Counted from the stretch's first letter, positions 9,001 through 13,838 are shown. The stretch is 32,000 nucleotides of DNA from Vibrio alginolyticus NBRC 15630 = ATCC 17749 (GCF_000354175.2 NC_022349.1:750001-782000), one strand, 5' to 3'. Notes: generated from the sequence alone by a model not told the origin. Numbers and translations are program-made.

Positions 9001-11417
9001 ACAGGCGCAACTGTGAAGTTCACCGTTTGGCTAACGCTTTCACCGCTTGGATCGGTCGCCGTAAAGGTCAATGCTTCTGATCCGTTCCAGTCTGCGGTTG
9101 GAGTGATCGTGGCAATGCCGTTGACGATCGCCACTTGAATGTTGCTGTTACCAGAGACGCTGAACGTTAACTCGCCATCCACGTTATCCACATCGCTGAA
9201 AGCGGTATTCAGATCGATGCTGTATGGCGTAAAGTCTTCCGCCAAGGTTTGGTCTGCAATGCTGCTTTCAACCACAGGCGTGTCGTTCACCGCATTCACG
9301 GTGACGTTGACCGTCGCTTGGTCAGTCAGTGCACCATCGGTCACGGTGTAAGTGATTTCGGCGTCGCCATAGAAGTTCTCGGCCGGTGTGAACACCAATT
9401 TGCCGTCAACAATCTCGACTGTGCCTTGCGCTTCAGGTACAGACGCTGATTGGATAGACAGCGTATCACCATCAATATCGGTGTCGTTTGGCAGGACATC
9501 AATCGTCACTGGCGTGTCTTCGTCAGTGACAGCGGTATCATCTTTTGCTACTGGCGCGTCATTGACTGGTGTGACATCGACGTTCACCGTGGTGGACTCC
9601 GATACCCCACCGGAGGTGACGATGTAGGTAAAGCTGTCTGCCCCGTGGAAGTTGTCGTTTGGCGTGTAAGTGACGCTGCCATCCGGGTTGACCGAGACCG
9701 TGCCATTGGCTGGACCGTTATTGGTATCGAGCGACACCACTTTATCGTCGCCTTCAAACGTGTCGTTACCTAAGACCTTAATGATGGTTGGTGTGTCTTC
9801 CACAACCGTCGCGTTGTCTGCCACGATGTCCGCCACTGGCGCAACTGTGAAGTTCACCGTTTGGCTAACGCTCTCGCCGCTTGGATCGGTGGCCGTAAAC
9901 GTCAACGCTTCTGAGCCGTTCCAGTCTGCGGTTGGAGTGAACGTAGCAATACCATTGACGATCGCCACTTGAATGTTGCTGTTGCCAGAAACGCTGAAGC
10001 TCAGCTCGCCATCCACGTTATCCACATCGCTGAAGGCCGTATTCAGATCGATGCTGTATGGCGTAAAGTCTTCCGCCAAGGCTTGGTCTGCAATGCTGCT
10101 TTCAACCACAGGCGCGTCGTTCACCGCATTCACGGTGACGTTGACCGTCGCTTGGTCAGTCAGCGCACCATCGGTGACGGTGTAAGTGATTTCAGCATCG
10201 CCATGGAAGTTCTCAGCCGGTGTGAACACCAGTTTGCCGTCAACAATCTCGACTGTCCCTTGGTCACTCGGCACAGATGCCGAGTCAATCGACAGCGTAT
10301 CGCCATCAATATCGGTGTCGTTTGGCAGGACATCAACCGTTACTGAGCTATCTTCCTCTGTAATTGTTGTATCATTAGAGGCAATAGGCGCATCGTTAAC
10401 TGAGTTTACTGTTACCGAAACTTGAGCTTCATCCTCTAACTCACCATCTGTGATGGTGTAGCTAATCGTTGCATTACCGTTGAAATTTTCAGCCGGAGTG
10501 AAAACAAGCTTACCATCGATAATCTCAACGATACCTTGCTCTTCTGGTACAGAAGCAGAGGTAATGATTAAATCATCACCTTCAATATCACTGTCGTTAG
10601 CGAGCACATCAATTACAACCTGGGAATCCTCGTCAGTTTGAATCGCATCATTAGTTGCTATTGGCGCGTCATTAACAGGCGTAATATCTAAGTTAGCAGT
10701 GCCATTAATAACACCGCCATCGTTATCAATAATGTCATAGGAGAATGACACTTCAGTGTCATCATCAGCCTCTGGAATGTAAGTCCAAGATCCATCGCTG
10801 TTATCAATTAAGGTGCCATTCCCACTCTCAATAGTGACGTTTGTAATGACAAGAGTATCGGCATCATCAATATTGACATTAGATAGTAATTCTTCAGTAG
10901 TTATCGTGATTGGATCGCTATCTTCCTCAACAGCGCTTAATGTCACTGGAGAATTAGTAAGTGGCTTACTTGAGCCATCCCCACTTGTCTCGATACCTGT
11001 TGTGAAGAAGTCATTTAAGGTCAACGCTTGTGTTTCAGATAAGCCGAGGGATTCTAGGCCAATAGTTTCAAAGTTTGTTGAGGCTAGCACTTCAGTACCA
11101 TCTCGTACAATCGTGGCACTATTTTGCAAACTGGAGCCACTATTTTCACCCGCTGCAGGTGCGAGTTCTTCATCAATAGCAGAAGGGTCTTGACCTTGCT
11201 CAATAGCACTAATAATCTGTGCTACATCGTCTGAAATATCTTTTAAGCCTTGCTCTTGAGCAAGCTGAATTTTCAGGTCTTGAGGCGCAGCATCTGTCAT
11301 TGCCACTATCACTTCACCTGGTAGAGGCTGCTGTCCTTCTGCAAGGACTCTCAGCTGCCCATCCAAACCTATTACGACGACTTGATTACCGAGTGGCACT
11401 AATGCTGTACGATCCAT
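1..11417 (-). CDS. Giant repetitive surface adhesin, LapA/BapA-like type I secretion substrate (partial: N-terminal 3,805 codons; C-terminus lies beyond the left window edge)
   Basis: Own minus-strand translation from ATG (complement of 11415-11417). AAGG lies 5 nt upstream and an in-frame TGA lies 8 codons upstream. N-terminus: MDRTALVPLGNQVVVIGLDGQLRVLAEGQQPLPGEVIVAMTDAAPQDLKIQLAQEQG... The frame (codon high coordinate = 2 mod 3) was translated in full for 10100-11417, 575-1020 and 3-107. It was spot-checked at 4973 and 8326 and stayed open with sensible domain sequence, but I did not inspect every codon. The gene is absent from the ORF track because it has no stop in the window. Confidence 0.9.
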   Translation of the reverse strand, partial: MDRTALVPLGNQVVVIGLDGQLRVLAEGQQPLPGEVIVAMTDAAPQDLKIQLAQEQGLKDISDDVAQIISAIEQGQDPSAIDEELAPAAGENSGSSLQNSATIVRDGTEVLASTNFETIGLESLGLSETQALTLNDFFTTGIETSGDGSSKPLTNSPVTLSAVEEDSDPITITTEELLSNVNIDDADTLVITNVTIESGNGTLIDNSDGSWTYIPEADDDTEVSFSYDIIDNDGGVINGTANLDITPVNDAPIATNDAIQTDEDSQVVIDVLANDSDIEGDDLIITSASVPEEQGIVEIIDGKLVFTPAENFNGNATISYTITDGELEDEAQVSVTVNSVNDAPIASNDTTITEEDSSVTVDVLPNDTDIDGDTLSIDSASVPSDQGTVEIVDGKLVFTPAENFHGDAEITYTVTDGALTDQATVNVTVNAVNDAPVVESSIADQALAEDFTPYSIDLNTAFSDVDNVDGELSFSVSGNSNIQVAIVNGIATFTPTADWNGSEALTFTATDPSGESVSQTVNFTVAPVADIVADNATVVEDTPTIIKVLGNDTFEGDDKVVSLDTNNGPANGTVSVNPDGSVTYTPNDNFHGADSFTYIVTSGGVSESTTVNVDVTPVNDAPVAKDDTAVTDEDTPVTIDVLPNDTDIDGDTLSIQSASVPEAQGTVEIVDGKLVFTPAENFYGDAEITYTVTDGALTDQATVNVTVNAVNDTPVVESSIADQTLAEDFTPYSIDLNTAFSDVDNVDGELTFSVSGNSNIQVAIVNGIATITPTADWNGSEALTFTATDPSGESVSQTVNFTVAPVADIVADKATVVEDTPTIIKVLGNDTFEGDDKVVSLDTNNGPANGTVSVNPDGSVTYTPNDNFHGTDSFTYIVTSGGVSESTTVNVDVTPVNDAPVAKDDTAVTDEDTPVTIDVLPNDTDIDGDTLSIQSASVPEAQGTVEIVDGKLVFTPAENFYGDAEITYTVTDGALTDQATVNVTVNAVNDTPVVESSIADQTLAEDFTPYSIDLNTAFSDVDNVDGELTFSVSGNSNIQVAIVNGIATFTPTADWNGSEALTFTATDPSGESVSQTVNFTVAPVADIVADNATVVEDTPTIIKVLDNDTFEGDDKVVSLDTNNGPANGTVSVNPDGSVTYTPNDNYHGTDSFTYIVTSGGVSESTTVNVDVTPVNDAPVANDDTAVTDEDTPVTIDVLPNDTDIDGDTLSIDSASVPSEQGTVEIVDGKLVFTPAENFHGDAEITYTITDGALTDQATVNVTVNAVNDTPVVESSIADQTLAEDFTPYSIDLNTAFSDVDNVDGDLTFSVSGNSNIQVAIVNGIATFTPTADWNGSETLTFTATDPSSESVSQTVNFTVAPVADIESDRATVVEDTPTIIKVLGNDTFEGDDKVVSLDTNHGPANGTVSVNLDGSVTYTPNDNYHGTDSFTYIVTSGGVSEFTTVNVDVTPVNDAPVAKDDTAVTGEDTPVTIDVLPNDTDIDGDTLSIDSASVPSDQGTVEIVDGKLVFTPAENFHGDAEITYTVSDGALTDQATVNVTVNAVNDTPVVESSIADQTLAEDFTPYSINLNTAFSDVDNVDGDLSFSVSGNSNIQVAIVNGIATFTPTADWNGSEALTFTATDPSGESVSQTVNFTVAPVADIVADKATVVEDTPTIIKVLENDTFEGDDKVVSLDTNNGPANGTVSVNPDGSVTYTPNDNYHGTDSFTYIVTSGGVSESTAVNVDVTPVNDAPAAKDDTAVTDEDTPVTIDVLPNDTDIDGDKLSIESASVPEAQGTVEIVDGKLVFTPAENFHGDAEITYTITDGALTDQATVNVTVNAVNDTPVVESNIADQTLAEDFTPYSIDLNTAFSDVDNVDGELSFSVSGNSNIQVAIVNGIATFTPTADWNGSEALTFTATDPSGESVSQTVNFTVAPVADIVADNATVVEDTPTIIKVLGNDTFEGDDKVVSLDSNHGPANGTVSVNPDGSVTYTPNDNYHGTDSFTYIVTSGGVSESTKVNVDVTPVNDAPVAKDDTAVTDEDTPVTIDVLPNDTDIDGDTLSIDSASVPSEQGTVEIVDGKLVFTPAENFHGDAEITYTVTDGALTDQATVNVTVNAVNDTPVVESNIADQTLAEDFTPYSIDLNTAFSDVDNVDGELSFSVSGNSNIQVAIVNGIATFTPTADWNGSEALTFTATDPSGESVSQTVNFTVAPVADIVADKATVVEDTPTIIKVLGNDTFEGDDKVVSLDTNNGPANDTVSVNPDGSVTYTPNDNYHGADSFTYIVTSGGVSESTTVNVDVTPVNDAPVANDDTATTQEDTAVTIDVLPNDTDIDGDKLWIDSASVPSEQGTVEIVDGKLVFTPAENFHGDAEITYTITDGALTDQATVNVTVNAVNDTPVVESNIADQTLAEDFTPYSIDLNTAFSDVDNADGDLSFSVSGNSNIQVAIVNGIATFTPTADWNGSEALTFTATDPSGESVSQTVNFTVAPVADIVADKATVVEDTPTIIKVLGNDTFEGDDKVVSLDTNNGPANGTVSVNPDGSVTYTPNDNFHGTDSFTYIATSGGVSESTTVNVDVTPVNDAPVATNDNAVTDEDTPVTIDVLPNDTDIDGDALRIDSASVPSDQGTVEIVDGKLVFTPAENFHGDAEITYTVTDGALTDQATVNVTVNAVNDAPVVESNIADQTLAEDFTPYSINLNTAFSDVDNVDGELSFTVSGNSNIQVAIVNGIATFTPTADWNGSEALTFTATDPSGESVSQTVNFTVAPVADIESDRATVVEDTPTIIKVLGNDTFEGDDKVVSLDTNHGPANGTVSVNPDGSVTYTPNDNYHGADSFTYIVTSGGVSESTTVNVDVTPVNDAPVANDDAATTQEDTAVTIDVLPNDTDIDGDTLRIDSASVPSDQGTVEIVDGKLVFTPAENFHGDAEITYTVTDGSLTDQATVNVTVNAVNDTPVVESNIADQTLAEDFTPYSIDLNTAFSDVDNVDGELSFSVSGNSNVLVSIENGIATISPTADWNGSEILIFTATDPSGESVSQTVNFTVAPVADIVADNATVVEDTPTIIKVLGNDTFEGDDKLVSLDTNHGPANGTVSVNPDGSVTYTPNDNYHGADSFTYIVTSGGVSESTTVNVDVTPVNDAPVANDDTATTQEDTAVTIDVLPNDTDIDGDKLWIDSASVPSEQGTVEIVDGKLVFTPAENFHGDAEITYTITDGALTDQATVNVTVNAVNDTPVVESNIADQTLAEDFTPYSIDLNTAFSDVDNADGELTFSVSGNSNIQVAIVNGIATFTPTADWNGSETLTFTATDPSGESVSQTVNFTVAPVADIESDRATVVEDTPTIIKVLGNDTFEGDDKVVSLDSNHGPANGTVSVNPDGSVTYTPNDNYHGTDSFTYIVTSGGVSESTAVNVDVTPVNDAPVAKDDTAVTDEDTPVTIDVLPNDTDIDGDKLSIESASVPETQGTVEIVDGKLVFTPAENFHGDAEITYTITDGSLTDQAKVAVTVNPVNDAPTIKVDAVESITEDAVNTGTVVATLEVADIDTPEEQLTVSLENNSNGYFALVGDEVKLTQAGVDAVNNDELNLKDLTISASVSDGVNPTVSDSDSLIVNRVNDAPTVDNVISDQVLAEDFTIYTIDLNDAFKDSDSALNFSVSGNSNVLVSIENGIATISPTADWNGSEALTFTATDPSGESVSQTVNFTVAPVADIESDRATVVEDTPTIIKVLGNDTFEGDDKVVSLDSNNGPANGTVSVNPDGSVTYTPNDNFHGADSFTYIVTSGGVSESTIVNVDVTPVNDKPDSEDFTHVADDQLTHVVFDTDTKP
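75..10385 (-). repeat. In-frame tandem array of 12 x 834 bp (278 codons). Each unit holds three ~92-93-aa cadherin-like/Ig-like domains (A-B-C). The last unit is interrupted by a unique 312-bp domain.
   Basis: Period markers (atgttgct/acgttgct) sit at 1633, 2467, 3301, 4135, 4969, 5803, 6637, 7471, 8305, 9139 and 9973, exactly 834 bp apart. VND(A/T/K)P linker codons are at 10386-10400, 10110-10124, 1212-1226, 936-950, 624-638 and 75-89. Domain A: VAKDDTAVTDEDTPVTIDVLPNDTDIDGDTLSI..GTVEIVDGKLVFTPAENF.GDAEITYTVTDGALTDQATVNVTVNAVND.P. Domain B: VVESSIADQ.LAEDFTPYSIDLNTAFSDVDNVDGEL.FSVSGNSNIQVAIVNGIAT.TPTADWNGSEALTFTATDPSGESVSQTVNFTVAPV. Domain C: ADIVAD.ATVVEDTPTIIKVLGNDTFEGDDKVVSLDTNNGPANGTVSVNPDGSVTYTPNDNFHGADSFTYIVTSGGVSETTVNVDVTPVNDAP. 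Confidence 0.9.
624..935 (-). other. Unique 104-aa classical-cadherin-like domain inserted between domain A and domain B of the last repeat unit
   Basis: Translation: TIKVDAVESITEDAVNTGTVVATLEVADIDTPEEQLTVSLENNSNGYFALVGDEVKLTQAGVDAVNNDELNLKDLTISASVSDGVNPTVSDSDSLIVNRVNDAP. The DNA here is unlike every other unit. The marker spacing 496 to 1633 is 1137 bp, which equals 834 + 303 bp. Confidence 0.8.
10386..10661 (-). other. Divergent founder copy of the A-type domain, lying N-terminal to the high-identity array
   Basis: Translation: IATNDAIQTDEDSQVVIDVLANDSDIEGDDLIITSASVPEEQGIVEIIDGKLVFTPAENFNGNATISYTITDGELEDEAQVSVTVNSVNDAP. It has the same 92-aa architecture as domain A but much lower DNA identity and lower GC. 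Confidence 0.75.
11148..11417 (-). other. N-terminal retention-module-like region ending at a PAAG di-alanine motif (candidate LapG-type protease site)
   Basis: Residues 1-90 resemble the beta-rich N-terminus of LapA-like retention modules. The pattern is V.LG..V.V....G..R.L..G..L..GE.I. Residues 87-90 are PAAG (complement of 11148-11159, cct gca gcg ggt). This fits the published (T/A/P)AA(G/V) motif and its residue 70-150 position. Confidence 0.55.
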
Positions 11418-11817
11418 ATAAACCTTAACCCTAAATAACTGTCAAGTTTTTGACTAACAATACTAATTTGCTATATATTGCCCTAATATATAGTGCAATA
11501 ACAGCAATTTGATGCTCAATAAAGTAATTATGTGTCATACATCAATAAGAATCCAGATGCATAAGTGTTTTATTTTATTAAAATCTGGACACTCGTTTCT
11601 AGCCATTACCTCCATCTTTAATTTGAGATCTTAATTCAAGTTTTAGGCAGATTTAGTAGGTTGATTTATCAAAATTGAAACAAATGAACAGCGAATCAAC
11701 AGGTTACTTCATCGCATATTAATGTTATTGTGCGCTAAATTATTGACGCCCTTATAAGTATTCCACTTATAAGCCCTATCACCTCGAGAATTTTTACCAT
11801 TATCTAGGAGAATCACA
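11418..11817. promoter_or_regulatory. 400-bp AT-rich divergent control region between the adhesin gene (-) and the TolC-family gene (+)
   Basis: No credible ORF. Dyads present: CTATATAT-N7-ATATATAG (11471-11493); TCCAGAT-N24-ATCTGGA (11552-11589); and two copies of the palindrome CTTATAAG (11751-11758 and 11766-11773). The CTTATAAG copies overlap a possible TTGACG (11743-11748) / TATAAG promoter for the TolC gene. Confidence 0.5.
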
Positions 11818-13128
11818 GTGAAGTGGACTCGTGCCAACGCCTTTTGTATTGGTATGTTCACCGCTAGTCATGCGTTTGGGCAAACGCTAGAGCAAGCGGT
11901 TGAAAACACATTAAAAACCAATCCTGACATCAAAAGTGCGTTCAATGAATTCGTTAGCAAGCAGTATGTGAATGAAGCATCTGGTGGTGCTTACCTCCCA
12001 TCCGTAGACTTAGATGCCGGTATCGGTTACGAAGGAATCAAACCCGCAGAGTCAGGGCGAGATTCAACCGACCTGACAAGAAAAGAAGCCACCGTGACAC
12101 TAACCCAGCTAATATGGGATGGCTCAGCGACACTTAATGATATGGATCGAACAGCAGCTGATGCTGAATCGGTCCGTTATCAACTTCTAGCTGATGCCCA
12201 AGACACCGCTCTAGAGGTCGCGAAAGTTTATTTAGACTCAGTAAAAGCTTATGAAATTCTTACACTTTCCGAGAATAACTTGAAAGTGCATAAGAAGATC
12301 TATGAAGACATTAAAAAGCGAGTTAACTCAGGTATCGGTTCTACAGCAGACCTAACCCAGGTAGAGGCTCGTTTAGCAAAGGCTCACGGTAACTTGGTGG
12401 CAGCTCAGAACAACTTATATGACAGCCACACCACCTTTACACGCCTTGTCGGACAGTCACCACAAGGATTGATTTTCCCAAGAGCGGACCAAAACTTTAT
12501 TCCCTACACCATCGATGAAGCGATTGACTTGGCATTCGAGTCACACCCAGTAATCAAAATCTCGGTAGCTGATGTGGACTCTGCAAAGTTCCAATACAAG
12601 CAATCTAAGGGAGCTTACTACCCAACGATATCGGTAGAAGCGGCTCAAACATGGCGTGATGATGCAAGCGGTATTGAAGGAAGCAGCGAAGAGACAACAG
12701 CGATGTTGCGCATGCGTTACAACCTCTTTAACGGTGGTAGTGACGTAGCCAACGCTGAAAGTTTTGCCTACCAACTAAATAAAGCAAAAGACTTAAGAGA
12801 ACGTGCATACCGCCAAGTCGAAGAAGGTCTTCGTCTATCTTGGAGTGCGTTAGATTTAACACTTCAACAAAAAGAGTTCCTAGCGGATCACGTAGATTCG
12901 GCCTCTGAAACTGTCATCGCCTACGAAAAGCAGTATCGCATTGGAAAACGCACTCTGCTGGACTTGTTAAATACTGAAAACGAACTTTTCGAAGCGAGAA
13001 AGAACTACTTGGATGCTCGATACTCAGAGCAGTACGCCAAGTACCGCGTTATGAACGCGACTGGCCAATTGTTAAATGCCTTGCGTGTCGATGTACCTAC
13101 AGAATGGAATGAAAAGGTGGAGTACTGA
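11818..13128 (+). CDS. TolC-family outer-membrane protein of a type I secretion system (AggA/LapE-like)
   Basis: GTG start with AGGAG (11806-11810) 7 nt upstream. Signal peptide ends ...SHAFG|QT. 436 aa. The N-terminal LEQAVENTLKTNPDIKSA and the overall two-repeat TolC architecture are recognised from the family. It is divergent from the adhesin gene. Confidence 0.85.
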   Translation: MKWTRANAFCIGMFTASHAFGQTLEQAVENTLKTNPDIKSAFNEFVSKQYVNEASGGAYLPSVDLDAGIGYEGIKPAESGRDSTDLTRKEATVTLTQLIWDGSATLNDMDRTAADAESVRYQLLADAQDTALEVAKVYLDSVKAYEILTLSENNLKVHKKIYEDIKKRVNSGIGSTADLTQVEARLAKAHGNLVAAQNNLYDSHTTFTRLVGQSPQGLIFPRADQNFIPYTIDEAIDLAFESHPVIKISVADVDSAKFQYKQSKGAYYPTISVEAAQTWRDDASGIEGSSEETTAMLRMRYNLFNGGSDVANAESFAYQLNKAKDLRERAYRQVEEGLRLSWSALDLTLQQKEFLADHVDSASETVIAYEKQYRIGKRTLLDLLNTENELFEARKNYLDARYSEQYAKYRVMNATGQLLNALRVDVPTEWNEKVEY

Positions 13129-13130
13129 TC

Positions 13131-13745
13131 ATGAAACCAGTGAAGATTCTATTTGCATTGGGTATGCTCGCCATCACTCAACACGTTGTTGCTGAAGACG
13201 AATATGAGTATCGTCCTGTACCAAATGCAGAACAAATAGCAGATTTGCAAGATGACGATAACGATGGTGTCATCAATGCTCGAGATATGTGCCCAGGTAC
13301 ACCTGAAGGCTCAGAGGTCGACAACGACGGTTGTGGAGAATACATTAAAGCATCAGATAACATGCAAGTGCGGATACTTTTTGCTAACGACTCTGATGAG
13401 ATCAATCCAGTCTTCAGAAGACAAGTCCGAGAGCTTTCCGACTTTTTAAAAGAGTACCCTACTACTTCGATAGAGCTGCACGGCTATGCTAGTAAAGTTG
13501 GTGGTTCAAAGCATAACCAAGATCTTTCTGAAAGACGAGCACGCAATGTACGTGAAGCCCTACTAAGCTACGACATCGAACCGAGTAGAGTCCGCATTGT
13601 TGGTTTTGGTGACACTCACTTAGCACAGCAAGGGACCGATGAAGTCAGCCATGCTTTAAATCGTCGAGTAACCGCATCAGTCGTTGGTTACAAAGGCGAG
13701 ATAAAAAGAGAGTGGACAATATTCACAACTCTTCCAGAAAGGTAA
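13131..13745 (+). CDS. OmpA-family protein with thrombospondin type-3-like Ca-binding repeats and an OmpA C-terminal-like peptidoglycan-binding domain
   Basis: The ATG is 2 nt after the TolC stop (tgatcATG), with AAGGTGGAG upstream, so the genes are translationally coupled. Signal peptide: MKPVKILFALGMLAITQHVVA. TSP3-like motifs: DDDNDGVINARDMCPGTPEGSEVDNDGCGE. OmpA_C core: ILFANDSDEI...ELHGYASKVGGSKHNQDLSERRARNVREAL...NRRVTASV. Confidence 0.8.
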   Translation: MKPVKILFALGMLAITQHVVAEDEYEYRPVPNAEQIADLQDDDNDGVINARDMCPGTPEGSEVDNDGCGEYIKASDNMQVRILFANDSDEINPVFRRQVRELSDFLKEYPTTSIELHGYASKVGGSKHNQDLSERRARNVREALLSYDIEPSRVRIVGFGDTHLAQQGTDEVSHALNRRVTASVVGYKGEIKREWTIFTTLPER

Positions 13746-13811
13746 AGTACCTGTTTTTGTTTGCTCTGCAAGCACAAAGCAAACAAAAACGAGTGAATAC
13801 TTAACCTCAGA

Positions 13812-13838
13812 AAAGGAGCTTCGGCTCCTTTATTTTTA
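13812..13838 (+). terminator. Rho-independent terminator after the TolC/OmpA pair
   Basis: AAAGGAGC-ttcg-GCTCCTTT followed by ATTTTTA. It is preceded by a second 13-bp perfect AT-rich hairpin at 13753-13790. Confidence 0.8.

Noticed and set aside
75-10385. Regular repeats considered as a CRISPR array, satellite DNA or mobile-element repeats.
   Set aside because: The period of 834 bp is far too long for CRISPR and there is no repeat/spacer alternation. The whole array is in frame and encodes folded-domain-like sequence.
1-11417. RTX nonapeptide (GGxGxD) repeats and a C-terminal T1SS signal in the adhesin.
   Set aside because: I did not find them in the visible 3,805 codons. They would be expected at the C-terminus, which lies outside the window, so the T1SS-substrate call rests on the N-terminus and gene context only.
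30-11428. About 80 + strand ORFs (60-200 aa) from the supplied track, recurring with 834-bp periodicity. Examples are MLLLPETLKLSSPS..., MVCNVAFNHRRVVHRIHGDV... and MTLPSGLTETVPLAGP....
   Set aside because: They are antisense or off-frame readings of the giant minus-strand adhesin gene. Their compositions (R/H/C-rich or S/T/L-rich) are not protein-like. They break at the same relative position in every unit and lack RBSs. The minus-strand frame gives a continuous domain protein.
11431-11460. TTGACA on the minus strand about 30 nt upstream of the adhesin ATG, considered as a -35 box.
   Set aside because: The corresponding -10 would overlap the start codon, implying a leaderless transcript, and it matches TATAAT poorly. 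More likely it is part of the small GTCAA/TTGAC hairpin.
11418-11817. A c-di-GMP (GEMM-I, Vc2-like) riboswitch in the adhesin or TolC leader.
   Set aside because: I looked for the conserved GGCAAAC / ACGCAAAGC-type cores on both strands and found none. The region is simply AT-rich with short dyads. An Infernal/Rfam scan would be decisive.
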